In this document: positions 1 through 11,339 of the stretch, in pieces
Layout of the letters: each line of letters starts with the position of its first letter
Position numbering within the stretch: the stretch's first letter is position 1
Source: Malacoraja senta
Lineage: Eukaryota
NCBI GenBank assembly: GCA_038087875.1
Contig: JAXLNO010000202.1
Span: 248,001-312,000 of the forward strand
DNA length: 64,000 bases
Reading direction: 5' to 3'
Notes under the pieces: generated by a model
Told to the model about the DNA's origin: nothing
The model's database searches: none
What the model saw: the letters and a program-made list of their open reading frames with translations, nothing else
Program-made: the position numbers and the translations under genes

Positions 1-850
1 ATTAGAAATAGTCAGCATGGTTTTGTACGTGGGAGATAGTGTCTCACAAATCTGATTGAGTTTTTGAAGACATGATCTAAGAGATTGATGAGGGCAGAGC
101 TGTAGATGTTGTCCCTATGGACCAAGGTATTTGTATGGGATCGCATGACATCCAGGGAGAGATAGCTGAATGGACAGAAAATTGGCTTCATGGAAGGAAG
201 CAGAGGGTGATGGTGGAAGGTTGCTTCACAGACTGGAGGCCTGTGACTAGTGGTGTGCCTCAGGGTTCAGTGCTGGGCCCGTTACTGTTTGTCATCTACA
301 TCAATGATTTGGATGAGAACATACAGGGCAAGATTAGCAAGTTTGCAGATGATACAAAAGTGAGTGGTTTTGCAGATAGTGAAGATGGTTGTGAAAGATT
401 GCAGCAGGATCTGGATCGATTGGCCAGGTGGGTGGAGGAATGGTTGATGGAGTTTAATACAGAGAAGTGTGAGGTGTTGCATTTTGGGATGTCTAACAAG
501 GGCAGGACCTACGGTTGGCTTCTAGGTAGTGTTGTAGAGCAGAGGGATCTAGGAGCACAGACACATAGTTGCCTGAAAGTTTCATCACAGTTAGATAGGG
601 TGGTCATAGAGTCCATCGAGGCATGGACACAGGCCCTTCGGCCCAACATGCCAAGCCGACCAACATGCCTCATCTACACTAGTCCCACCTGCTTGCATTT
701 GGCCCATATCCCTCCAAACTGTCCTATCCATGTACCTGTCTAAATGTTTTTTAAACATTGGCCTTCAAGTGCATGTTGGGATGTCATGTTATAGCTGTAC
801 AAGGCATTGCTGAGGCCACATTTGGAGTATTGTGTTTAGTTTTGATCACT
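1..850 (+). mobile_element. CR1-clade LINE RT fragment, decayed and interrupted by an antisense LINE-tail fragment at ~606-760
   Basis: ORF 117-743 has RT motifs [24 protein letters not shown] and KFADDTK; upstream QHGF..CLTNL is frameshifted. Confidence 0.9.
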
Positions 851-1018
851 ATAGAAACATAGAAAAATAGGTGCAGGAGTAGGCCATTCAGCCCTTCGAG
901 CCAGCACCGCCATTCAATATGATCATGGCTGACCATCCCGTTCCTGCCTTCTCTCCATATCCCCTGACTCTGCTATCTTTAAGAGCATCTATCTAGCTCT
1001 CTCTTGAAAGTATCTTGA
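851..1018 (-). mobile_element. CR1 LINE 3' tail
   Basis: Reverse complement of the conserved tail ggctcgaagggctgaatggcctactcctgcacctattttt(ctatgttt)n. Confidence 0.85.
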
Positions 1019-1020
1019 AA

Positions 1021-1238
1021 CTAAACAAACTGCCCAAGCATCCGGTAAACAGCCAGAATTAGATGATTTCTGAACAATCTTAGTTAACACTGGAGCAATT
1101 GGGGAGGCAGGTTCGTTCAGGATCTCTGTAGGAATGGCGTCAGCACCTGAAGCTTTACTTGGATTCACTCTTGCAATCACTTCTCAACACCCTGCTTGTT
1201 GATACCAATGTTTGGCATGTCAGGAATGTCTGAGTCAA
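1021..1238 (-). mobile_element. Non-LTR retrotransposon ORF2 fragment (pre-RT region), a different family from the local CR1s
   Basis: Translation PDMPNIGI..GVEK / NPSKASGADAIPTEILNEPASPIAPVLTKIVQKSSNSGCLPDAW matches the K[AS]PGPDG..IF..SL..G..P..W block of LINE ORF2. Confidence 0.7.
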
Positions 1239-1257
1239 GGCAGGAGAATGGGGTCAG

Positions 1258-1453
1258 GCTCCGGTTTCCTCCCACACTCCAAAGACGTGCGGGTTTGTAG
1301 GTTAACTGGCTGTGTGTCAAATGAGCCCAGTGTGTAGGCAGTTGATGCGGAGGTGGGATAACATGGAACTGGTGTGAACAGATGATCGCTGGTCGGCATG
1401 GACTCGATGGGCCGAAGGGCCTGATTCCGTGCTGTATCTCTACACTAACCTAA
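1258..1453 (+). mobile_element. HE1/V-SINE-like SINE, 5'-truncated
   Basis: V-domain ctccggtttcctcccacactccaaagacgtgc plus LINE-like tail gggccgaagggcctg...ctaa repeats. Confidence 0.75.
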
Positions 1454-1694
1454 AGAAACCGAGCTCTGTGCGGATGTTATTGTTGAGTGAAACCACAAGC
1501 CCAGACTGTTAACAAAGTAGAACCACCTGAATCAACTCACAGGAAGACCAGTCAATTAGAACCACTTTGCCACTGCCGCAGGGACTGTCTCTCTTCATTA
1601 TTGATTACGTGAAGGGCAGCCCCACTGGTGTTCCATCAGCCTGTCAGAGTGGCCGCCAGACCTGGCTGTGACAGCGTGAACAAGTCCTTCCACT

Positions 1695-2282
1695 GGAAGG
1701 ATGTGCTAGCTCTGGAGAGGGTCCAGAGGAGGTTTATGAGAATTATCCCAGGGATGAGTGGGTTAACCTATGATGAGCGTTTGTCGGCACTGGGCCTGTA
1801 CCCGTTGGAGTTTAGAAGAATGAGGGGGGACCTCATTGAAACTTACAGAATAGTGAAAGGCTTGGTTAGAGTGGATGTGGCGAGGATGTTTCCGTTAGTG
1901 GGAGAGTCTAGGACCAGAGGCCACAGAATCAGAATTAAAAAAAATCTTTTAGGAAGGAGATGAGGAGGAATTTCTTTAGCCAGAGGGTGTGTGAATCTGT
2001 GGAATTCATTGCCACAGAAGGCTGTGGAGGCCAAGTCAGTGGATATTTTTAAGGCAGAGATAGATAGATTGTTGATTAGTATGGGTGTCAGGGGTTATTA
2101 GATTAGATTAGATTAGACTTTATTAATCCCCTTATTCAGGGGAAATTCAGATGTCCTTGCAGCACACTAATAAAAATACAACATAGTATTCAAAAAGAAG
2201 TTCAACACCAAAACACAAAAACATCCCCCCCACCGGAGGTACTGTGGAGCGGGAGAAGGCAGGAGAATGGGGTTGGGAGGGA
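1695..2282 (+). mobile_element. CR1 LINE 3' fragment, interrupted at ~2099-2250
   Basis: LERVQRRF..IPGM..YDERL..LEFRRMRGDLIETY; the 3' UTR ggggttat|gggagaaggcaggagaatgggg is split by an insertion. Confidence 0.85.
2099..2235 (-). mobile_element. Rex1/Babar-like LINE 3' end
   Basis: Minus strand ends aatttcccctgaataaggggattaataaag(tctaa)n: stem-loop, AATAAA and microsatellite tail. Confidence 0.55.
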
Positions 2283-2718
2283 TACATATAGATACATAGA
2301 AAATAGGTGCAGGAGTAGGCCATTCGGCCCTTCGAGCCTGCACCGCCATTCAATATGATCATGGCTGATCATCCAACTCAGTATCCTGTACCTGCCTTCT
2401 CTCCATACCCCCTGATCCCTTTAGCCACAAGGGCCACATCTAACTCCCTCTTAAATATAGCCAATGAACTGGCCTCAACTACCCTCTGTGGCAGAGAGTT
2501 CCAGAGATTCACCACTCTCTGTGTGAAAACTTTTTTCCTCATCTCGGTCTTAAAGGATTTCCCCCTTATCCTTAAGCTGTGACCCCTTGTCCTGGACTTC
2601 CCCAACATCGGGAACAATCTTCCTGCATCTAGCCTGTCCAACCCCATAAGAATTTTGTACGTTTCTATAAGATCCCCTCTCAATCTCCTAAATTCTAGCG
2701 AGTATAAGCCAAGTCTAT
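2283..2718 (-). mobile_element. CR1 LINE 3' end (young subfamily)
   Basis: ORF 2378-2788 ends ...RVVNLWNSLP...GYGEKAGTGY*; standard 3' tail. Confidence 0.92.
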
Positions 2719-3617
2719 GATTCCACTGGAGGATCTGTCCCTCCAGTGGAATCATCCTCTCCACATCCACTCTATCCAAGCCTTTCACTATTCATTCTTC
2801 ATCCACATTTGTGCTCCCACCCTCTGTTGCTTTTCTTTGGTGTCACGTGTATTTGTGTCGGATTACTCTCCGAAACGCGAGCATGTCATCAATTTGTTTA
2901 ACGCCCGAAACAGACACAGATTACTCCAGGCCCTGGGGGCATGATCTTGGGCTTCCCCTCAGATCCATTCTAGACACCAAGAGGTTATTTGGATATTATC
3001 ACTGCAGAATTATGCTCCGACATGATTCACAGAGAGATGAATCTGACATCATTAATCAACTATTCCCAAGCAGAACCAGAATAGAACAACCCCAAGTTAA
3101 TTAGTCTTGTTTGCAACATTTCTAATGTTCAAAATGTGTCTTGTGAATTACACATGTTCTTGCTGTTGGCACTTGCTGTGTTTGGGCATTGGCATTATAT
3201 AATCACAGTCAGATAGCATGGAAACAGGCCCTTCAGCCTAACTTGTCCATGCTGACCAACATGCCCCATCTACACTAGTCCCACTTGACCATGGGGAGAG
3301 AGAGCTATGGAGGGAGAGGGGGAGAGAGAGCCATGGGGAGGGGGAGAGAGAGAGAGAGAGAGAGAGAGCTATGAGGAGAGGGATTGGAGTAAGAACTCAA
3401 AGCACATCTGTATACTGAGGAGCTGTGGAAAACGCCATCATGTCAGGGAGTGTGAAGATGGAGCATGCCACGATAGACACTAAACTGGCCGCTCCTGACA
3501 CAGACAGAGGGAGACGGGTCCTGAAGCTGCTGAATTCAACATGAAGGGCCATGTACAGGATGTGGCACAGATCCCCAAACTCACCCTGGACCTCGTTGCT
3601 GCAGAGAGTCACAGATA

Positions 3618-3868
3618 GTGGGGCATTGTGCTGGGAGTGGGGCATTGTGCTGGGAGTGGGGCATTGTGCTGGGGTATTGTGCTGGGAGTGGGGCATTGTG
3701 CTGGGGCATTGTGCTGGGAGTGGGGCATTGTGCTGGGGCATTGTGCTGGGGCATTGTGCTGGGGCATTGTGCTGGGGCATTGTGCTGGGGTATTGTGCTG
3801 GGAGTGGGGCATTGTGCTGGGGTATTGTGCTGGGCTATTGTGCTGGGAGTGGGGCATTGTGCTGGGGC
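3618..3868. repeat. G-rich minisatellite, 13/19-bp units ggggcattgtgct(gggagt)
   Basis: Directly visible tandem units. Confidence 0.95.
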
Positions 3869-4356
3869 AGCAGTGTGAGGCCCAGGAGAGAATGGTCACC
3901 TCTGCAGACTGAGGAGAGAGTTGAGGCGGGTACTTTAACAACAGGTAAAATACACTTGGACAGATACATGGATAGGACAGGTTTGGAGGGATATGGGCCA
4001 AACGGGGGCAGGTGGGACTAATGTAGATGAGACCTGTTGGTCGGTGTGGGCAAGTTGGGCTGAAGGGCCTGTTTCCACACTGAATCATTCTATGACTCTA
4101 TGGAACCTACAGGCAGTATCTCACCTCCTCGCTCCCCAGAGCCCATCCACCGTCTCCACCGCTCAGGTCAGGAGAGGGATGGAGCGCTCTCCACCTCTGG
4201 CCTAATTCTGCTCCAATAACATATGATGAACCTGGGGCAGTTTATTCACTCAGACGTTGGTGGGAGTCTGGAACGAGCTGCCGTAGGAGGCAGCTGAGGC
4301 ATGTACAAAAACATTTAAAAGATACACGGACAGGTACGTGGACAGGACAGGTTTGG

Positions 4357-4930
4357 AGGGCCCTGGTGAGACCACACCTGGAGTATTGTGTGCAGTTTTG
4401 GTCTCCAAATTTGAGGAAGGACATTCTTGCTATTGAGGGAGTGCAGTGTAGGTTTACAAGGTTAATTCCCGGGATGGCGGGACTGTCATATGCTGAAAGA
4501 ATGGAGCGGCTGTGCTTGTATACTCTGGAGTTTAGAAGAATGAGAGGGGATCTTATTGAAACATTTAAGTTTATTAAGGGTTTGGACAAGCTAGAGGCAG
4601 GAAACATGTTCCCGGTGTTGGGGGAGTCCAGAACCAGGGGCCACAGTTTAAGAATAAGGGGTAGGCCATTTAGAACGGAGATGAGGAAACACTTTTTCAC
4701 ACAGAGAGTTGTGAGTCTGTGGAATTCTCTGACTCAGAGGGCGGTGGAGGCAGGTTCTCTGGATGCTTTCAAGAGAGAGCTAGATAGGGCTCTTAAAAAT
4801 AGAGGAGTCAGGGGATATGGGGAGAAGGCAGGAACGGGGTACTGATTGGGGATGATCAGCCATGATCACATTGAATGGTGGTGCTGGCTCGAAGGGCCAA
4901 ATGGCCTACTCCTGTACCTATTGTCTATTG
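4357..4930 (+). mobile_element. CR1 LINE 3' end, (attgtct)n-tail subfamily
   Basis: ORF 4366-4845 [13 protein letters not shown]...GTGY*; tail cctattgtctattg. Confidence 0.92.
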
Positions 4931-6029
4931 TGTGTTGGTATGGGCCAAACGCAGACAGGTGCATCTGGTGTCGCTGGAGCATGTTGGTTAGCGTGGGCAA
5001 GTTGGGCTAAAGGGTCTGTTTCCATGCTGTATCTCTGTGACTCAATAATGTCAGACACTGGACTGCAGTGCAGCTGCAGATGGGAAGATGTGCACATGGA
5101 GGTGATGTGGGAAGAGGAGTGGGAGATGGAGATGAGAGAGTGGAGCTGGGAGTCAGGAACATTCCCGGCAGAGGAGAAAGGCGGGGAGGTTGTTGCTGGA
5201 GGTTGAGTTTAGTTTATTGTCACGTGTACCGACATACAGTGAGAAGCTTTTGTTGCACGCTAACAGTGTACAGATACATGATAAGGGATTAACGTTTAGT
5301 GCAAGGTAAAGCCAGCAAAGCCCACCACATAGTTGGTCAAGACGGCTCTATAGTTGTGGAGAGCCACCCTGAATTACAATCTACCTCATTGGAGTCTCTC
5401 TGTGGATAAGCAGCAACTGGTTGACTGCTGACCAAGCACTAAATTAAGGCTACAAAAATATTTAACTTCACATAAATACAGTGAAGTTTACCGGTCGATT
5501 TTTGAAAGAAGCACAAAGATAGATAAATGTGAAGCAAGATTATTTCCTTCAACCTCCAGAGAAATACATTTGAAACAATCCAATTAAATGAACAACCCCC
5601 CTGTGTCGGGTGATTAATAATCTTATTTCATTCCGCAAATTAACTACAGTTAAAACATATAATCTGTCTCTGATTTTAAAGATTATTTTTGTGCCTTCTG
5701 TTGCAATCTTCCCACCAACGCGCATGGACATGAAGGGTGGAAATCTCACTCCAATCTCCCGCCCCACGATTGCCAACCACACACACAATATGTACACATT
5801 ATGGTTCATTATCACTCCGCCTCATTCTGCACCAGTGGTTCATAAAGACTGACACTTCTTGTGTTCAAAAAGCTCTGTGATTATGTTTCCCCATCAGATA
5901 TGTCAAGATCAACCATTATTCAACAGTCTGTGAAATATTTGTATTCAATAGATGAGATATGGAGAACACGGAACCTTCAGTAATGATTGGTTTAACATAG
6001 ATTCATTACAAATCACATACAAACAAGGA

Positions 6030-6226
6030 CCTGCAGATGCTAAGATACAAAGTGTTGGAGTAACTCAGCGGGTCAGGCAACATCTCTGGAGAAAATGGAT
6101 AGATGACGTTTCAGGCGGGATCCTGCTTCAGACCGATTAAAGAAAGGTCTACGACATGAAACGTCACTTATCCATGTTCTCCACAGATGCTGCCTGACCC
6201 GCTGAGTTACTCCAGCACTCTGTGAA
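6030..6226. mobile_element. Penelope-like pLTR fragments in inverted arrangement
   Basis: ggagtaactcagcgggtcaggcaacatct ... gatgctgcctgacccgctgagttactcc inverted arms around degenerate hammerhead remnants. Confidence 0.7.
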
Positions 6227-7847
6227 ACATAGAAACATAGAAACATAGAAAATAGGTGCAGAGTAGGCCCATTTGGCCCTTCGAGCCTGCACCGCCATTC
6301 AATATGATCATGGCTGATCATCCAACTCAGTATCCTGTACCTGCCTTCTCTCCATACCCCCTGATACCATTAGCCACAAGGGCCACATCTAACTCCCTCT
6401 TAAATATAGCCAATGAACTGGCCTCAACTACCTTCTGTGGCAGAGAATTCCAGAGATTCACCACTCTCTGTGTGAAAAATGTTTTTCTCATCTCGGTCCT
6501 AAAGATTTCCCCTTTATCCTTAAACTGTGACCCCTTGTCCTGGACTTCCCCAACATCGGGAACAATCTTCCTGCATCTAGCCTGTCCAACCCCTTAAGAA
6601 TTTTGTAAGTTTCTATAAGATCCCCCCCTCAATCTTCTAAATTCTAGCGAGTACAAGCCGAGTCTATCCAGTCTTTCTTCATATGAAAGTCCTGACATCC
6701 CAGGAATCAGTCTGGTGAACCTTCTCTGTACTCCCTCTATGGCAAGAATGTCCTTCCTCAGATTAGGAGACCAAAACTGTATGCAATACTCCAGGTGTGT
6801 CTCACCAAGAAACTGTACAACTGCAGTAGAACCTCCCTGCTCCTATACTCAAATCCTTTTGCTATGAATGCTAACATACCATTCGCTTTCTTCACTGCCT
6901 GCTACACCTGCATGCCCACTTTCAATGACTGGTGTACCATGACACCCAGGTTTCGTTGCATCTCCCCTTTTCCTAATCGGCCACCATTTAGATAATAGTC
7001 TACTTTCCTGTTTTTGCAACCAAAGTGGATAACCTCACATTTATCCACATTATACTGCATCTGCCATGCATTTTCCCACTCACCCAGCCTATCCAAGTCA
7101 TCTTGCAGCCTCCTAGCATCCTCCTCACAGCTAACAACTGCCCCCCAGCTTTGTGTCATCAGCAAACTTGGAGATGTTGCATTCAATTCCCTTGTCCAAA
7201 TCATTAATATATATCATAAATAGCTGGGGTCCCAGCACTAAGCCTTGCGGTACCCCACTAGTCACTGCCTGCTATTCTGAAAAGGATCCGTTTACTCCTA
7301 CTCTTTGCTTCCTGTTTGCCAGCCAGTTCTCTATCCACATCAATACTGAACCCCCAATACCGTGTGCTTTAAGTTTGTATATTAATCTCTTATGTGGGAC
7401 CTTGTCGAAAGCCTTCTGAAAGCCCAGATACAACACGTCCACTGGTTCTCCCCTATCCACTCTACTAGTTACATCATCGAAAAATTCTATAAGATTCGTC
7501 AAACATGATTTACCTTTCGTAAATCCATGCTGACTTTGTCCAATGATTTCACCACTTTCAAAATGTGCTGCTATCCCATCTTTAATAACTGACTCTAGCA
7601 TTTTCCCCACTACCGATGTTAGACTAACTGGTCTGTAATTCCCGTTTTCTCTCTCCCTCCCTTCTTAAAAAGTGGGGTTACGTTTGCTACCCTCCAATCC
7701 TCAGGAACTACTCCAGAATCTAAAGAGTTTTGAAAAATTATCACTAATGCATCCACTATTTCTGGGGCTACTTCCTTAAGTACTCTGGGATGCAGCCTAT
7801 CTGGCCCTGGGGATTTATCGGCCTTTGATCTCCATTCAATTTACCTA
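6225..7847 (-). mobile_element. CR1 LINE, 5'-truncated ~1.6 kb RT domain, frameshifted
   Basis: ORFs 7272-7610 (QHGFTKGKSCLTNL, FQKAFDKVPH) and 6902-7204; (ctatgttt)n tail. Confidence 0.95.
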
Positions 7848-7875
7848 ACAAATCTTTTTCTCTTCACATATCCAT

Positions 7876-8197
7876 GAAACGTCACCTATCCATGTTCTCC
7901 ACAGATGCTGCCTGACCCGCTGAGTTACTCCAGCACTCTGTGAAACGTCACCTATCCATGTTCTCCACAGATGCTGCCTGACCCGCTGAGTTACTCCAGC
8001 ACTCTGTGAAACGTCACCTATCCATGTTCTCCACAGATGCTGCCTGACCCGCTGAGTTACTCCAGCACTCTGTGAAACGTCACCTATCCATGTTCTCCAC
8101 AGATGCTGCCTGACCCGCTGAGTTACTCCAGCACTCTGTGAAACATCACCTATCCATGTTCTCCACAGATGCTGCCTGACCCGCTGAGTTACTCCAG
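7876..8197 (+). repeat. Five tandem 66-bp units derived from Penelope-like pLTR
   Basis: Unit gaaacgtcacctatccatgttctccacagatgctgcctgacccgctgagttactccagcactctgt starting at 7876, 7942, 8008, 8074, 8140. Confidence 0.93.
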
Positions 8198-8315
8198 TGT
8201 TTTGTGGGCCTTTTTTCACCGCAAATCAAATGATTGGTTTGGAAAACTATGTTTACATGTCATGAATCTAAAACCTATTTCAGAGGTTTCTCCATAACAA
8301 ACAGTAGGATGTTTA

Positions 8316-8605
8316 TGGTGGTGCAGCGGTAGAGTTGCTGCCTCACAGCGCCAGAGACCCGGGTTCCATCCTGACTACGGGTGCTGTCTGTACGGAATTT
8401 GTACGTTCTCCTGTGACCCCGAGGGTTTTCTTCGTGTGCTCCGGTTTCCTCCCACACTCCACTGATGCACAGTTTGTAGGTTAATTGGCTTTGGGAAAAT
8501 TGTAAATTGTTCCTAGTGTGTAGGATGGTGTTCATGCGTGGGGATTGTTGGTCAGCGTGGACTCGGTGAAAGGTCTGTTTCCGCGCTGTATCTGCAAATG
8601 AAGCT
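8316..8605 (+). mobile_element. HE1/V-SINE-like tRNA-derived SINE
   Basis: A-box tggtgcagcgg, B-box-like ggttccatcc, V-domain, LINE-type tail. Confidence 0.85.
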
Positions 8606-8885
8606 AACAACTAGAGGGAGGGGTTGGGAAGATACATCAGTTCCTGACCTTCACAGAGTGCCCACAACCCCATGTGAAGAAGAAAGCACAAATTATTCTG
8701 TAGTCTTTCATTCCTGTCACATCGATTGGAAGTATATTTGCACGGTATCCTGGATAACAATGTGCCAAGCTTTATCAAGTATCGTTTTAGTTGATAAGAA
8801 TGCATCACCAAAAGCTCGCAAGTATTTAGTGCCTCAAGATATCGCCATGTATGTCACAGTGGGGCAGGCCCAGTTGATAACAGTT

Positions 8886-9713
8886 TAGAAACATAGAAAC
8901 ATAGAAAATAGGTGCAGGAGGAGGCCATTCGGCCCTTCGAGCCAGCACCACCATTCATTGTGATCAGGGCTGATCATCCCCTATCAATAACCCGTGCCTC
9001 CCTTCTCCCCATATCCCTTGATTCCACCAGCCCCTAGAGCTCTATCTAACTCTCTCTTAAATCCATCCAGTGATTTGGCCTCCACTGCCCTCTGTGGCAG
9101 GGAATTCCACAAATTCACAACTCGGGGTGAAAACGTTTTTTCTCACCTCAGTCCTAAATGGCCTCCCCTTTATTCTAAGACTGTGGCCCCTGGTTCTGGA
9201 CTCGCCCAACATTGGGAAAAAAATTCCTGCATCTAGCTTGTCCAGTCCTTTTATAATTTTATATGTTTCTATAAGATTCCCCCTCATCCTTCTAAACTCA
9301 AGTGAATACAAGCCTAGTCTTTTCAATCTTTCCTCTTATGACAGTCCCGCCATCCCAGGGATTAATCTCGTGAACCTACGCTGCACTGCCTCAATCACAA
9401 GGATGTCCTTCCTCAAATTAGGAGACCAAAACTGTACACAATACTCCAGATGTGGTCTCACCAGAGCCCTATACAACTGCAGAAGAACCTCTCTACTCCT
9501 ATACTGAAATCCTCTTGTTATGAAGGCCAACATTCCATTAGCTTTCTTCACTGCCTGCTGTACCTGCACGCCAACTTTCAGTGACCGGTGTACAAGGACA
9601 CCCAGGTCTCGCTGTACCTCCACCTTACCTAACCTAACCCCATTGAGAAAATAATCTGCCCCCTTGTTTTTGCCGCCAAAGTGGATAACCTCACATTTAT
9701 TTATATTATACTG
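8886..9713 (-). mobile_element. CR1 LINE 3' fragment
   Basis: KCEVIHFG...[13 protein letters not shown]; (ctatgttt)n tail. Confidence 0.92.
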
Positions 9714-10352
9714 TGGGGAGAAGAAGGAATGACCGGGGTGGGACAGGGACAAGTCTTTGATGATGTTGGCTGCTTTCCCAAGGCAGCGTGAAGTGTAGAT
9801 GGAGTCAATGGTGGGGAGTGTGGTCTGTGTGACGGACTGGGCTACATCTACAATGGTGGGGAGTGTGGTCTGTGTGATGGACTGGGCTACATCTACAATG
9901 GTGGGGAGTGTGGTCTGTGTGATGGACTGGGCTACATCTACAATGGTGGGGAGTGTGGTCTGTGTGACGGACTGGGATACATCTACAATGGTGGGGAGTG
10001 TGGTCTGTGTGACGGACTGGGCTACATCTACAATGGTGGGGAGTGTGGTCTGTGTGATGGACTGGGATACATCTACAATGATGGTGTCTGGTCTGTGTGA
10101 TGGACTGGGATACATCTACAATGGTGGGGAGTGTGGTCTGTGTGATGGACTGGGATACATCTACAATGGTGGGGAGTGTGGTCTGTGTGATGGTCTGGGC
10201 TACATCTACAATGGTGGGGAGTGTGGTCTGTGTGATGGACTGGGCTACATCTACAACTCTCTGCAGTTCCTTGTGGTGTTGGGCAGAGCTGTTCCCAAAC
10301 CAAGCTGTGATGTAACCCTGATGGAATGCTTTCTACGGAGCACCTGTAGAAG
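9714..10352 (-). mobile_element. Rex1/Babar-like LINE ORF C-terminal fragment with internal ~10x 45-bp tandem expansion (~9808-10255)
   Basis: FYRCSVESI...(TIVDVAQSITQTTLP)n TIDSIYTSRCLGKAANIIKD..HPGHSFFSP. Confidence 0.8.
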
Positions 10353-10375
10353 TCAGTGGAGACATGATGGTCAGG

Positions 10376-10570
10376 GTGTCTCCATCTCACGAGATAGAAT
10401 CAACAGCCATTTATTATAAACCTACTGACTGTCACATCCGGACTCTGGACTATACTTCTTCTCACCCTGCTTCATACAGACTATATCCCTTACTGTGTCT
10501 ATCTTCAATATTATTCCTCTCCAGTCACATGGCACCCTTCCTTCAGGGAGCAGGGATTCTGCCTTCAGTG
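10376..10570 (+). mobile_element. Penelope-like element RT C-terminal fragment, decayed
   Basis: IYYKPTD....LDYTSSHP matches the PLE RT Y.KPT...YL...S.HP motif. Confidence 0.75.
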
Positions 10571-10596
10571 GTCGTCTGATCAATGAGTTTAAGATG

Positions 10597-10815
10597 AAGG
10601 TAGACACAAAGAGCTGGAGTAACTCAGCCGAACAGGCAGCATCTCTGGAGAGAAGGAATGGATGACGTTGCGGGTCGAGACCCTTCCCGACCCAAAACGT
10701 CATCCATTGATCAGTCTGAAGAAGGGTCTCGACCCGAAACGTCACCCATTCCTTCTCTCCAGAGATGCTGCCTGTCTCTTTGATTTAAACCAGTATCTGC
10801 GTTCCTTCCAACACA
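10597..10815. mobile_element. Penelope-like pLTR inverted pair
   Basis: caggcagcatctctggagagaaggaatgg...gggtcgagacccttc on the left; gaagggtctcgacccgaaacgtcacccattccttctctccagagatgctgcctg on the right. Confidence 0.8.
10716..10743 (+). ncRNA. Minimal type I hammerhead ribozyme motif (PLE-associated)
   Basis: CUGAAGA-A-GGGU(CUCG)ACCC-GAAA-CGUC; palindromic ACGU helix III; predicted cleavage after C10743. Confidence 0.7.
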
Positions 10816-11121
10816 TAATGAGTTTATTCTCCTCACAGACGTTGTACACCATTGCAGCATTGACTGTCGAGCTGCAGCCTGTAGTGTCGAGCTGCAGTAG
10901 ATGCATTGACTGCTTGGGCTCACTGCTCTGTGGACAGCTCCACACTGCTCTCATCATGGGTGGTGATGGGGCACTGAAGCATCTGAATGGCCGGCCATGG
11001 TGGGAGGCATGATGAACAGGGGGGGCAACATCAATAATTAAGGCCGACTCTGCAGATTGTTCTCCGGAGTGAAGAATCCGCAGGTTCAAACGATCCTTAT
11101 ACATCTTTCATGGAGCGGGCT

Positions 11122-11137
11122 GGTTGCCATGGCAACC
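11122..11137. promoter_or_regulatory. Candidate RFX X-box, perfect 16-bp palindrome GGTTGCCATGGCAACC
   Basis: Exact match to the canonical GTTGCCATGGCAAC in non-repetitive DNA; function untested. Confidence 0.5.
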
Positions 11138-11339
11138 GTTGCTGGGTCTGAGCATGGATCCAGGGCTTTCCGCGGTGACCCAATTACCATCTGTCAGGGA
11201 CGGGCAGCACCACAGACAAACTGACCGCACCAAGATCTGGCCACGCCACAATTACACTTTACTGAGACAACAACACGGCAAGGAAGCTCACAGTTTGACT
11301 CTGGTGTATTACACCCAGTACACCAGTACTGAACCTGAT

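Noticed and set aside
3585..3598. 14-nt minus-strand microexon (ctgcag|...|gtgagt)
   Set aside because: Not a multiple of 3, has a weak pyrimidine tract abutting a minisatellite, and lacks supporting exons
8316..8390. tRNA genes at SINE heads
   Set aside because: A/B boxes run on into the V-domain and LINE tail; no complete cloverleaf
9336..10115. 259-aa ORF as a novel gene
   Set aside because: Chance in-frame fusion of a Rex1-derived minisatellite with a CR1 RT fragment
10742..11190. Minus-strand 120-aa ORF and a candidate acceptor at 11190 with in-frame TGA (readthrough idea)
   Set aside because: No recognisable domain, the ORF ends in PLE sequence, and there is no SECIS or readthrough evidence
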